Notes under the pieces: generated by a model
Seen by the model: the letters and a program-made list of their open reading frames with translations, nothing else
Databases searched by the model: none
What the model was told of the DNA's origin: nothing
Shown here: positions 1-13,010 of the stretch, in pieces
How the letters are laid out: every line of letters starts with the position of its first letter
Numbering within the stretch: position 1 is the first letter of the stretch
Position numbers and translations under genes: made by a program
Assembly: GCF_006345805.1 (NCBI RefSeq)
Contig: NC_042997.1
Coordinates: 95,108,001-95,172,000 of the forward strand
Reading direction: 5' to 3'
Source: Octopus sinensis
Taxonomy: Eukaryota
Length of the DNA: 64,000 bases

Positions 1-97
1 TTTTGTAACATCTATTAACATGTATATACACACATATACACATATATATTAGTAGAGGTCGCGAATGTGATTAACACTGCTGTTGGTACAGATAATT

Positions 98-166
<69 letters not shown>

Positions 167-183
167 CAAGTTAAAAATAGTGG

Positions 184-760
184 TTTGTTAACATTTAGAC
201 TACAAAGGCAAAATTAATAGAGGTCACAAAAGTGACAGAGGGTACTGACTAGCATCTCTTTTGCTAAAGATAAGAGCTAAACTAACTCAAAGCCACATAC
301 TCACTTAGCGCCTACGGTTAAACTTAACTACCTCTGTTAGTCTTATGAGAAAAACCGTTGAAAACGTGTTTTGATTTCCGAAATGGTAAAAGTGTAAAGA
401 ACAAATTAGAAAAGGTGGCTTATTAGCAATTCGAACCTAAAGGCAAAATTAATAGCGGTCAAAAAAGTGACAGAGGGTAATGACTAGCTCCGCTTTTGCT
501 AAGGATGAGAGTTAAAATAACTCAAAGCCACAAAACCATTGTGACCGACAAAAGGGGTTAAGAGCCACTGATGAGGATTAAGATGGTCTACATCATAATC
601 CGAAATAGCGATCTTGTTATGTACTCTGGGGACTTACCTCACTTTACCAGTTACTTAAGACTGTAAAGTTTGGGACTTTGAGGAGTTAGTTTAACTTTTA
701 TCGTTAGCAACAGCGATGCTAGTCAGTACCGTCTGTAACTTTTGTAACATCTATTAACAT
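184..760. repeat. Cluster of diverged copies of one ~110-bp repeat (direct at ~195-305 and ~435-540, inverted at ~670-760), probably Penelope-like terminal repeat remnants
   Basis: The motif aaaattaatag(a/c)ggtca(c/a)aaaagtgacagagggta(c/a)tgactagc...aactcaaagccaca occurs twice on + and once reverse-complemented. A hammerhead motif lies between the copies at 561-620. Confidence 0.55.
561..620 (+). ncRNA. Type I hammerhead ribozyme motif (canonical core, decayed stem I)
   Basis: CTGATGA 568-574; stem II GGATTA/TAATCC plus GATG/CATC; GAAA 602-605; short stem III AT-agcg-AT; cleavage triplet AUC 611-613. Stem I (agagcca/ttgttat) pairs only partly. Confidence 0.65.
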
Positions 761-836
761 GTATATACACACATATACACATATATATTAGTAGAGGTCG
801 CGAATGTGATTAACACTGCTGTTGGTACAGATAATT

Positions 837-900
<64 letters not shown>
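740..900 (+). repeat. Near-identical direct repeat of window bases 1-150 (offset 739)
   Basis: ttttgtaacatctattaacatg...gataattattgaa(TA)n is identical at 1-103 and 740-842; only the TA tract length differs. Confidence 0.9.
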
Positions 901-902
<2 letters not shown>

Positions 903-1189
903 GGTCCCGGGTTGATTCGGGGTTAACCACAGTAAATAAGGTACTCAATACAAAGCAGAGTAAAATTAATTTATTATATAGAAGGAGCTTCATATATATA
1001 ATATGAGGGTTTAGTTGACTGGTGATCTAAACGAACAGGTGCGCTGAGTAAGTGCTATAATTTGTCATCCGTTATGTTCCACGTTCACAGCTAAGGCTGG
1101 AGCTAGGGATACGTATTAGGCTTCCATATTAGTGGGTATATAGTATATTAGAGGGAGAAGAACAACAAAGACAAAAGCAGAACCAAACT

Positions 1190-2430
1190 CTCAACGCATT
1201 TGGAATAATCTAATTGGGGTAAGTTGAATTTCAAGTCTTACAGCTGTTTTTGGAGTTATCCCAAGTGGTAGGCTAGATTGTCCATACACTCGATTTTTCA
1301 TCATTAGAGACAAGGTATGTATGTATGTGTGTATGTATGTATGTATGTATGTATGTATGTATGTATGTATGTATGTATGTATGTATGTATGTATGAAAGT
1401 ATTAGACAGGGAAATTCACAGTTTATACAGGCTAATATAGAAGAATAAAGAGTAAAATTAGATAGAAGAATAAAGTTTACTTTATTATTCTGTCTGTAGA
1501 CCTCTACTTAAATTTTACTCTTTACTATTCTATTTTATTCCCTATAAACTGAGAATTCCCTGTCCAGAACGTTCACACATATCCATCTTGTCTCTGATGA
1601 TGGAATACCCAGTGTACGGACATGTTAGTCTATCAGTTGGTATATCCCAGAAACAGCTGTAAGACTTCAAATTCACTTTAACCCATTTAAATAATTCTAA
1701 ACAACTTGAGATATGCGTCCTGCCTTGGTTTTTGATGTCCTTTTCCATCAAATATAATATATATTATATGTAGTTTAGTCTATGTCTGATTTAGTGTGAC
1801 CAATAGTTTCGTATTCACAAAAGGTTTAGCCTTATGGACGTCTCGTCAGCCTCTAAAACCGAAGGCAAATGTAACTCTTCACCTCTGGGAGGTAGAAATT
1901 GGGCAAGTCACCAAAGAATAAATACTCGGGGATCAGTGAGGACGAGTTATCTACCTTAGATGGGGAACAGGAAAATTTCCCCCTTGGGCTGCTTTAAGCT
2001 GGATCACTGAACACTCGCCAGGAAATGTACACTCTTGCATCCATTTCAAACGCTACTTGTTTCAAGTATGGATATCCTTGTTCTCCGATTAGACCTAGAA
2101 TGGTCTTTACGATTTAAGAGCAACCCAAGGGGAAAATCCTCTGTTCCCCTTGTTTTTGCTCAGATGAAGTAGTCTAAGGGGGGTAACCTGTCATCATTGA
2201 CCCAGGGGCATTTATTCTTCGGTAATTTACCGAATGACCGTAACGGATCACTGACTCCCAGAGGTGAAGTTTACATTTGCGCTCAGCCTGAGAGTCTGAT
2301 GAGACATCAATGAGGTTAAGTTCTTTATGCGAAACCTTTGGTTAGTCTATGACCAGACATTGACTTCACACATAAATATATTACTGGTCAATGTTTTAGA
2401 CTGTGCTGTTTCGGATATATGATAAATTGA
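1190..2430. mobile_element. Mosaic of diverged inverted copies of a repeat family (probable Penelope-like remnants)
   Basis: ~1200-1315 is similar to the reverse complement of ~1585-1700; ~1400-1490 to that of ~1500-1570; and ~1815-1990 to that of ~2120-2340. A hammerhead motif at 2291-2348 has a degenerate counterpart at ~1815-1853 (-). Confidence 0.5.
2291..2348 (+). ncRNA. Type I hammerhead ribozyme motif
   Basis: Stem I AGAGT/AGTCT (one mismatch); CTGATGA 2296-2302; stem II G(A)CAT/ATGC; GAAA 2331-2334; stem III ACC-ttt-GGT; H17 = T2343. Confidence 0.6.
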
Positions 2431-2464
2431 CTATATATATATATATATAAATAAATATATATAT

Positions 2465-2584
<120 letters not shown>

Positions 2585-3180
2585 GTGGGGTTGCGGCGGT
2601 GTTTATATAAAGATAACACTATCTAAACACTGCTAATTTTAATTTCAGTCAATCCACTTACAATTTCATTTGTTTACGTTCCAGGCTACTCGAATATGAT
2701 TAGCCATTGATTAGCAATAACACATCTTGTTTTTATTGCAGCGAATGCTTATCTGTAAAAGCCAAACTAACTCTAATTATGTTAAATATGAATTTTAAAC
2801 AGTGCTCATATAACAAAATGCTAATTATAATAAAAAGATAAATGGAACAAGTGTTTCGTATTTATGAATTTTTTAATTTGCATATCTTCGGCGTGAAACC
2901 AGGATCATTTTTTAATGTTTTAAATGGAAAATCTTACTTTCTCTTGATGATATGTGTCAAAGTGGTGGGTGTACCTGTAAGAGCTACTGACAAATTTGTA
3001 TGATTTAATAGTAAAATTTCTCATTGGAAAAGCACAAACATATCTTAATCTCCTTCCTAATTTTCTATCCGCTTAGTCAGACCGTTAAGTCAAGGGGCAC
3101 AAAGAGATACTAACATGTAATACTGATTTTCAACACGTAAGTTAAAATACAATCACAACGCAGAGTCTACACCACAGTAC

Positions 3181-3256
<76 letters not shown>

Positions 3257-3282
3257 ACATAAAGAAAGAGAGAGAGAGATAC

Positions 3283-3385
3283 ATTCACTCCGTCGGGTAC
3301 GACGAGGAAAGTTCCACTTGATCCAATCAACGGAACTGGTTACCCGGTGATCGCTAGCCGAATACTCAAACCACTAAGCCATATA
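3283..3385 (-). mobile_element. Short internally deleted tRNA-SINE remnant
   Basis: Minus strand reads tggcttagtggtttgagtattcggct (A-box-like head) joined to gttccgttgattggatcaagtggaac, a SINE body-like segment. Confidence 0.4.
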
Positions 3386-3445
3386 CTTATGCATATATAT
3401 ATATACACACACACACACAAATATTTGTATAAATATTCATACACG

Positions 3446-3478
<33 letters not shown>

Positions 3479-3480
3479 GT

Positions 3481-3587
<107 letters not shown>

Positions 3588-6500
3588 AATATATGAACAT
3601 ACACACATAGAAATACATATATCGAGTTTAAAAATAAGATTAAATCTTAATAAGAATTTATCAAGTAGTTAGCGTAAAAAGCCTCATAAGGGAAAAAATT
3701 ATTAATTATTCCTTTTAGACGTAATTATTTATATTAAGGTCATTACTATATATAAATGTCTTACGCTAGGAGGGACTCTTTAAGTCAAAACTAGCACAAT
3801 AAACACATTGTACTGAACTCGAGGGAATGTAACTTTCGAAGCGAGCTTTTTAAAAACGTATTTAGCCGCAGATCATATGATTTCACAATTAGTGCACAAA
3901 AATGCACTTTTTAATGGTAGTGTTTATTATGGTAGTGTTGCTATTTAAGGATAAGGGTATTATTTAAGTGTAGGGGTGTTAATCAAGTGTAGGGTTGCTA
4001 TAAGTGTAGGGATGATATATAAGTGTAAGGGTACTATTTCAGTGTAGCGTGTTATGTAAGTGTAAGTGTGCTATTTAAGTGCAGGGGTGCTATTTATGTG
4101 TAAGGATGCTATTTAAGTATAAGAGTCCCGCCTAGCATGAGGCATTTATGTATAGTAATGCCCTTAATATAAATATAATTGTATATGGAATTGCGAGGAT
4201 GATCCAGTTCCTGACTGAAGATTGAAGGCTTCGAATGTCCCGTCCGTGTCTTTTTGTATCGTCTTCTAAATGTTTTGCGTTCTTGTCCCAGTTTGTATTT
4301 TTTACATATATATATATATATATATATATGTACGCTGGCACACACACATATATGTATATACATATATATATGTGTGTGTGTTAGTGTGTGTGTCTGTGTA
4401 GATGCGTGCTTGTGCATATACCCCCGTAGATGTATATGTTTGTGTAATACTCCCGTGTGTGTGCGCGCGCACGCCAATGTATGCCTTTATATCGTTGTAT
4501 ACATTGTCTGCAGTGCCTTAGGTTAATGACAGTCACGTTACATTTTCCTTGCTGAAATGTATGCTCTCCAGCTTACATATGCAGATGTGCGCACACACAC
4601 ATGTGCACTCAAAAACACACTCACATATTCACAAAAGCTCGCACAAAGACACAAGGTGTGGAACAGACATAGCTAAAGTTCACTATAAATTTAAGTTATC
4701 ACTCCAAAGAGAAATAAATTGCTTCACCTTTAACTGAAATTTTCTAAGGTTAATAAATTTCAGACATACACTTTCGTTTTGCTCTTAGCAAAGTCGACAC
4801 TAACAATCGACAGATGATTACTAAAAACAAAAGGAAAATAATAAGAAAAGTGTCAGCCTCAAGAGAGATTATATATCAAGTTTTCAAAATTGCTGACTAT
4901 GAAAGCAAAGACCATTTCCATTAGATGTTTATTCGTGTTATTGATTTGTACAAAATATACATTCTATACTGGATGGGTAAAATTTTAATAACATTTCGAA
5001 GCATTTCTGCAAGAACAACAAAAATATATTTTCCTTCAGAGTAATCGAACTGTTCCGAATACATGCCGGATGAAATGTCGGTGGATTTAATCATCCATAA
5101 ATAGATAAACAAAAAATATTAATTTACAATGGAATCGATCATATTTGACAGAATGCAATTTATAAAGTAAACACATGAAAATACATGTAAGTTATATATT
5201 ATTACTTTTACTAAAATCAACATATTCAATGGAGACGGTAATGAAGAAATAACAACTATTCACTTAAGGTCATAAAAAATAAGATTGGCGGTATTGATAC
5301 TGGGATAATTCTAATAAATGATTAATATTAAAATATCGAAATTCAAAATACGTTTCGGGTGTAATCATTTTTTTTTTATGTATTTACATGGTGGACATTT
5401 AATATTTTTATTACAAGGAATATTTAACTCACAGAAACATTGTAATGACAATATAATCAATAAGATTTGATGAAAGATTCGGCTGCTATCAGGATATATA
5501 AATATGTGTGTGTTTGCACGCCCTTGTGTATAGACACACATGGACAGTCATGTATACATAGTGACTTGGGAATATACACTTGGAGCCGAGTATAACCCCC
5601 CCACACACACACACACCACACGTTTATATGATGCTATCGGCTTATGATAAATAGTTTTATATCTTTTTATCTGTCTATAAGCTGATAATTCTAAAACATA
5701 TCATTTTATAGAGGGTAATTTAATGGATTTATTTTACGAATTTTACCATTTACAGACAGATTTTCTATACATTATGTAAAATATACTTTTTTCAATGTGT
5801 ATGAAAGCCATTTTGGGACCGTTATCAAGAATGCTATGATAAAAAAAAAAAACACAAAATAACTTCAGTACCACAAAAATAATTTAGCAACAGCAACACA
5901 TACGCACGCACACACACACACACCGTGTGTGTGTAAGTGAAGCAATGTGAGTATGCCTGTGTATAAGACAGTAAATAAAAATCTGAATAGGTAGAAAGAA
6001 AAAGTATTGTATATTTTTCCAGCGTGTCTACAGTCTATTTGTTTTTGAGACGTAACAGTTGGCGGTGTTTATCAAAACAGCTGTTAATTCAGCAATTTTC
6101 ATATATCTTGCTTCTAGTATGCGGTGCAGACACCGCACGTCTCATGGTAATTTGATGGAACTTTGAATAATCTTAGGCAAATATAGGAAAGGAAAAACTA
6201 GAAATACAATCATAAGCCGGTCCGGGCATCATTTTGTCAGATACATGAAACTAAAAGATGTCCCGTGTGAAATCACGTGACTTCGAGTTCCATCTTACCT
6301 CTTGTGTTCTTGGTGTGGAATCGTAAATTAGATCAATATATTGTGAGTCAATTTTGTAAAAGGAATATGTACAGACGATCGCCATACAAATATAAGTCAT
6401 GGAGCCATACATATAGAGATATTCATAAATACATATACAAATAGGTGTGTGTGTGACTGTGCGTGTACCTATGTATGTATATACTCTAACTCACAAATAT

Positions 6501-6626
6501 TCATTCAAATATATGTATGCATGCATATCTATATGCATATATATATATATATATTATATATAATATATAATATATGTGGTGTGTGTGTGTATACATTCAT
6601 ACATACATACATACATATACATACAT

Positions 6627-6727
<101 letters not shown>

Positions 6728-6918
6728 AGGTGACACGTGAGCATCTGCATCGCTGAAAATAGAAGTGAAAAATACTCTTGTACTATGGAATTAATCACAA
6801 ATACAAATATCATAGGAAAAACTTCCAGTGAACAATAAAATCGTCTTATCTCAACTAGATCAGCAAAAGTTAGTTTGATATCACAATATCATATATATAT
6901 ATATATATATATAATATA

Positions 6919-6952
<34 letters not shown>

Positions 6953-6971
6953 ATGTATATATATATATGTA

Positions 6972-7021
<50 letters not shown>

Positions 7022-7079
7022 ATTATTTATATATATATATGTATATATCTTATACGTATGCATACATATCCAACATTCC

Positions 7080-8530
7080 AACATTCCGGCTGTGATTTGG
7101 AAGGATGATAGATTTCACACACTTTTGCTTAACCTCTGCAACCACACACTTTCCACCTTTGTCGCTCCAAAGATTTGGCACCAGTCTCAAATCATTCCAA
7201 TACCCAAAAAAGGCGATTTGTCCCTCGTCACCAACTACAGGGGCATATCTCTAATGTCAATTGCTGCAAAACTGTACAACAAACTGATCCTAAATCGTCT
7301 TGTCCTTTTTGTTGAACCTTTGCTCCGAAAGAACCAAAATGGATTCAGACATGGGCGCTCAACGCTGAGCCAGTTACTATGCCTGCGCAGACTTATTGAA
7401 GAATCAAAAGCATTTAATCGCGATATTGCAATGGTATTTGTAGACTTTTCTAAAGCGTTCGATTCTGTAGATAGGTGCAAGATGTTTGAAATCCTTAAGC
7501 TCTATGGGATACCAGACAAAATTATTTCTGCCATCAAGGTCCTCTACACAGATACGTCTTCAACCATCTTAACCCCTGATGGAGAAACATCATCTGTCTC
7601 GATCGAGGCCGGAATACTGCAGGGAGACACACTCGCCCCATTTCTTTTCATCATTGTTGTTGATTATGTGCTACGTATGTCAGTTGATACCATCTCTGGC
7701 AAGGGCTTTGAAATAAAACCAAGAAGAAGTTCCAGACACCCAGCTGAGTACTTGACAGACACTGACTTTGCTGACGACATCGCTCTTATCAGTGATTCTC
7801 TCTCCAATGCCCAGTCTCTTTTACAATCTCTTGAACAAGCCTCAAATTGTGTAGGTCTTTACCTTAATGAGACCAAAACTGAATACATAAACAAGTGCCT
7901 GTCCAACAGTGATTGCATCATCCACACTCTCAACAGTGCACCTTTAAATATGGTTTCTGATTATAAATATCTTGGGTCATACATATCATCATCTGGAAAA
8001 GACTTTCTAACTAGAAAGGGTATAGCCTGGTCAGCCTGTAATGACATGCATAAGATCTGGTCATCAAATCTAAGTAGAGACTTCAAACTTGAAATATTCA
8101 AAGCCACAGTCGAACCAATCCTACTATATGGCTCAGAAACCTGGACGTTATCAAAGAAGCTTGAGAGGCGGTTGGATGGAACCTACACTCGCCTCCTTAT
8201 GAGAGCTCAAAATCTCTCGTGGAGGCGCCATCCAACTAAAATGCAAATATATGGGAAATTACCACCTGTGTCATCTCTTGTGAAAGGTAGGAGAGTCCAG
8301 TTTGCTGGACATTGTTGTAGAGCTGAAAAAGAAGTAATTTCTACTCTTCTCCTCTGGAAGCCATCTACTCGCAACACCAGAGGGCGCACACTCTCCTACC
8401 CTGATGTAATCTCCAGGGATACAGGCATCCAGCAACAGGACCTCCGTAATGCTATGATGGGCCGTGAAGTCTGGCGCAACATGGTAAATTCCATTGTCTC
8501 GACCACGGTCGAACAATGATGATGATGATG
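7080..8530 (+). mobile_element. 5'-truncated RTE-group non-LTR retrotransposon (RT and C-terminal region, no endonuclease) ending in a (GAT)n tail
   Basis: Open frame from NIPAVIWK (7080) to the stop at 8517-8519. RT motifs include [53 protein letters not shown] and YKYLGS. The tail tgatgatgatgatg spans 8517-8530. Confidence 0.95.
7092..8519 (+). CDS. Reverse transcriptase ORF2 fragment of the RTE LINE (475 aa, uninterrupted)
   Basis: Supplied ORF with a complete set of RT motifs including the catalytic FADD. It lacks a true ATG and the APE domain. Confidence 0.85.
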   Translation: MIWKDDRFHTLLLNLCNHTLSTFVAPKIWHQSQIIPIPKKGDLSLVTNYRGISLMSIAAKLYNKLILNRLVLFVEPLLRKNQNGFRHGRSTLSQLLCLRRLIEESKAFNRDIAMVFVDFSKAFDSVDRCKMFEILKLYGIPDKIISAIKVLYTDTSSTILTPDGETSSVSIEAGILQGDTLAPFLFIIVVDYVLRMSVDTISGKGFEIKPRRSSRHPAEYLTDTDFADDIALISDSLSNAQSLLQSLEQASNCVGLYLNETKTEYINKCLSNSDCIIHTLNSAPLNMVSDYKYLGSYISSSGKDFLTRKGIAWSACNDMHKIWSSNLSRDFKLEIFKATVEPILLYGSETWTLSKKLERRLDGTYTRLLMRAQNLSWRRHPTKMQIYGKLPPVSSLVKGRRVQFAGHCCRAEKEVISTLLLWKPSTRNTRGRTLSYPDVISRDTGIQQQDLRNAMMGREVWRNMVNSIVSTTVEQ

Positions 8531-8962
8531 TGTGTGTGTATACATATATGTATATATATTGCTAATTAGGGCTGTTCGGCTGCTATTTGCTGCCACTAGT
8601 GATGAGTTTTTGATTGTACTATCACTCTCATATTTACCGATAAATAATTTCACGCACTTTGTTTGTTCAACAGGTGTTTGGCCGCTTCAAATGAATTTGC
8701 GGCCATGGAAGGGCAACATTTTAGGAGTTGTTGGCTCGCAGATTTGGCTAACAAGAATAAGGAACCTTTTGGTGGTAAATTTGAAATGATGATATCGAGT
8801 TAACCGGCATTACCTTTGCTGACCTAGCAGAGGTAAGATGACTTTATTTTAATTCTAGAATTATTTCCTATCATACTTGTATTAATTTTGTGACCATTCC
8901 GTGCCGAAGAAGAATCTTTTACTTCTACTTTTAGAGATGCAGGTGCTCACCCAGTACCCATG

Positions 8963-9020
<58 letters not shown>

Positions 9021-9149
9021 ATATATACTTTATTTTAAGCAGCAGAAAATTCAACAAAATCTGTTACTCTGAGTTTCTCGTTGCCGTTCATCAGACAGTT
9101 TTTGCTATATATATATACATACATTTATATATATATATATATATTATAT

Positions 9150-9196
<47 letters not shown>

Positions 9197-9199
9197 CAT

Positions 9200-9592
9200 G
9201 CTGTACACTGAGTCAATCCCACTAAGCAACAGCAGCCATAATCCGAAAATAAGAACAAGTCAACATCATCGGTAACCACTGAGCCGCAGGTTTTATATGG
9301 GAGTTATCCCAGGTAACTGAGTTACCTTCTCCTAGAAGGATGCCCTAACAAAGGCTAGGAGTCCTTCACACCCAATGGTTTAACCGTGCGATCGGGTATT
9401 CAGTCCGATTATTTCTATGTCCCCGCGCATGATACAGCCTTAAGACGTTTATTGGATGGCCGTTGACTCTCAAGAGTTCCTCCGCCCTATGATGGTTTTT
9501 TTTCATCCCGCAGAGTGTCCGATAAACACCCTCCTCACCAAGCAAGCTTGGTGGGGTTGCCGGTTTAGTCGCCGAGGACCCGACCATGCAAC
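9200..9592 (-). mobile_element. RTE-type LINE 5' UTR fragment
   Basis: GC-rich minus-strand segment (caccaagcttgcttggtgaggagggtg...gggcggaggaactcttgagagtcaacggcc...ctaggagaaggtaactc...tataaaacct) resembling RTE 5' UTRs. It is bounded by microsatellites. Confidence 0.5.
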
Positions 9593-9660
9593 ATTCATAC
9601 ATACATACATGCATACATACATACATACATACATACATACATACATACATACATGCATGC

Positions 9661-9714
<54 letters not shown>

Positions 9715-9724
9715 ATATATATAG

Positions 9725-9755
<31 letters not shown>

Positions 9756-9775
9756 TATATATATATGCATGTATA

Positions 9776-11203
9776 TATCAATCCGTTCGACTAGAACTTT
9801 TGAAGTCGGTGCCCCACCATGGCCGCAATAAATAAAGAAACAAATAAAGAATCATATAAAAATGCTATGTTAGACGTGTATGAAGGGCTTCATTCGCGAT
9901 GCAGTGAAAAATCAGCTACTGGTTCAAATCTTCCCGAAACACAGGAGTTGGAAGGACCCCACAACCGGAATATTCCAACAGATGTCCATCCATGCTCGTC
10001 AACAAATAATCAAAAGAAAAATAATGAAGAATGGTCTAGGGGTAATAATGAAGAAGTTCTTAAGGCCTTCTATCATGCCATGTATTTCCACACAAATAAG
10101 TCTTATACTGTACAAAACTACTTAAACTGGAGACAGAAAAACCTTGAAGTAAGATCCTACAGAGACAGTAGAAACTTGCCAGCGTCAGAAGAAACATTAT
10201 GAAAAAGAAATTGCTAACTGAATTAGAGACTAGCCAAATTAAAGAATCAGTGAGGAATTGCCATCTAAAGAAGATACTAGAGAAGAAATAATTATAGAGT
10301 TCCTGCCAAAGAAAATACTACAGAGGAAATAATTATAGAGCGACCCAGGTCTGATGAAAATGCAATAATGGTTGAACGAGTTAATGTAACTGAGAAGCAA
10401 AGTGAAATACTCTCTGAGCCAACCATAAACACCAAGGCAGATGAAAATCAAATAGATGAAGAGAGTCACACAAAAATTGACCTAACAGACAGACACCAGA
10501 ACAACATGATTTAAAAAAATCAAATAATGACTGAATGGCTGAAAATTAAAGAAACCAGTATGAATGAACGCGTCACTCTCCCAAAACTTCGCGGTTGTTA
10601 TCAAAACCTGAAAGTAATTGGTAAAATCCGCCTTGCACTTAAGGATATAATTTTAGCTAATGATGTTGATATTACAGATCTCAATCATCATTACTATGCA
10701 TCCGCGAAAATCTCAGCGATTGTATGTGGTGAAAAGACTAGAAAACGACAACATTCCCCAAAAAAGCCTACTTGGCAAGAGCGTATTCAACACTAAATTC
10801 AGATATATAGGTCTGACATTCACTGTCCCAAAACACCTTAAGTTTGACAACACTATCAAACCAGCAAAAATCCGAAAATTAAAGACAAAGATTAATATGA
10901 AAAACAAAAGTTGTGGCATCTTAAAAGAAGTACTGTTCCTGTTATTTTAGGTGTCCTAGAAATGATAAAAACGGGATGTCAGAAAAATCTAGATAAGACC
11001 TCAGGAGAATCATTTCTCACAGAAATCCAAAAGATTGTACCAAGTACTGCCCACAACATTAGAAAAACCCTATCCATTTCGCTACTTCCCCTCCGCAAGC
11101 TTTCAGTCATACTCATCTCTCATCCATCCCCAGACGCTAGGTGTGTCTCGGCAAGTGATTGTAACAATCACGCAGATTGAAAATAAATAAATAAATAAAT
11201 ATC

Positions 11204-11205
<2 letters not shown>
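9776..11205 (+). mobile_element. Internally deleted R4/Dong-clade (restriction-like endonuclease) non-LTR element, followed by (TAA)n
   Basis: N-terminal R4-like motifs (WSRGNNEEVLKAFY..NWRQKN; LPKL..DITDLNHHYYASA..KPTWQERIQ) are joined near 10912 to the RLE C-terminal tail (VPVILGVL..EIQKIV..TAHNIRKTL). RT is absent and the frames are broken. The 3' UTR runs into an AAT tract at ~11203-11320. Confidence 0.75.
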
Positions 11206-11276
<71 letters not shown>

Positions 11277-11400
11277 TGATGATGATGATGAAAAAAATAA
11301 TAGTAATAATAATAATAAAGCACATAATCTTGGATGTAACATTTTTAACGATGTAGATTATAAATCAAAAGAAAACGAAGTTTCTCTTTTGCTGGCCGCT

Positions 11401-11444
<44 letters not shown>

Positions 11445-12452
11445 TTATCAAAGCATACCTAGATCAACTTACCTCGGTGAGCTTCAGCAGCTGGTCATAT
11501 GAATGACAGGGAGTAGACCTATAAACATTTAAAGTCAATTAGATCACTTTCAAGTTATTTGTAGTTGAATCAATACCATCGTATGTCCCAAAGTTATGTC
11601 TTTGAATCAGTTTCACTTTCCACTGATTGCTTAGTGGTATGTGTTTTATGATTCTCAAATTTCTACTGCCATATAATATCAACCTGCGATCCATCAAATT
11701 CATTTCTTATGCATGTTGTTTGTATATCTGAGTTATCATTTGCAAATCAAGAAATTCCCAAGGAAAATATTCATTATTTCAGTTTCAAACTATTTGATTT
11801 TGTTTGAAAAAAAAAAACGTCATGTTTTCCATCAGTCGTATATTCAAAATTTAATGATTTTCGAATTTTTTAAAAATGTATTGATGCAAGAGTTGATCCT
11901 AACTTATGTGCCTACTTCACAAATTCTTACAGCTTATTTTCATATTTGAACGTTTCCAATGGTTGTGACGACCTATCGAATGATTTATATTAGGCTCATA
12001 TTATGACGAAATATCTACAAATGATTGCACAGTTATCGTAGGAGCTAACGAGTACAGGACGCAGTATCCATATTTTCCATCCCAACTATAACGTAACATT
12101 TTTAGAGTGTGCTAACAGCCATCGAGCTTGTGAGGTGAATAACGGAAGAACAATCGATCAATGTTTGTTGAAATGAGCGTATCTCTTAAGTATGCAGTTA
12201 CAAGCAAGTTTCTTGGGAACAATCAGAAACAAAGATACTATAAAGGGTATGAAAATTTCTTACTACTTATTAGTATTTAATAAAGCTTGTACGTAGTAGA
12301 AGCAATTAAAAGAATATTAATCTAGATTTCCGAAAATTTGGATCACGTTTTACAGAAATGCCATACAATTTTGATCTTTTTATCGTTGTACATTGTATTT
12401 TTACCACACTTTAAATGAAAATTCACTTATATATGCGTACATATTTGTATAG

Positions 12453-12516
<64 letters not shown>

Positions 12517-12713
12517 AAATTTATAAATCAAAATGAAACGTATCGTCTGTGAAGAATAAGACTGTCGAAAGGAAAGAAAATCTTCATTTATACATCGTTA
12601 GGGGTATCAGCGTTAACAACCCAGATAGTTGAGGAATACATAGTAGATCTTTATATTTGACATGATATACTTACCCACCTACCTACTTGCATACACACAC
12701 ACAGACACATGTA

Positions 12714-13010
12714 TATACAAGGAGGTACACAAAATGAACCGGAATTTCGCAACATTATTTTATTCAATTAGTTTAACATGTTTACACTTTTACTGCATTC
12801 AAAGAATCCTTCAGTTGAAGCAATGCACCGGTCAAGATGCGTTTTTCCCTGTTCGAAGCAATCCTGGAACCCTTCCGAAATGATTCCTTTAACGCTTCCA
12901 ACACTTTTTCTTTTTATTATTCACCTTTTGCACATCTGCACAACGTTTTCCTCTAAAGAAGTTTTCATTAGGAGGAACATAATTCCTGATATCATTTCCA
13001 TTCTGTGTAG
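12714..13010 (-). mobile_element. Mariner transposon 3' end with terminal inverted repeat
   Basis: Minus strand encodes RGKRCADV...LKGIISEGFQDCFEQGKTHLDRCIASTEGFFE (mariner C-terminus). TIR-like tatacaaggaggtacacaaaatgaaccggaattt starts at ~12714. Confidence 0.7.

Noticed and set aside
4205-4250. CTGAAGA...GAAT hammerhead-like string
   Set aside because: GAAA is absent and stem II would need a 1-nt loop.
7235-8516. Antisense ORFs overlapping the RT frame
   Set aside because: Expected shadows of an open coding frame on the opposite strand.
9540-9592. Possible HDV-like ribozyme in the RTE 5' UTR (TCCTCGG on the minus strand)
   Set aside because: I could not build P3 adjacent to the loop, nor P1 or P1.1; the 5' end is truncated by a microsatellite.
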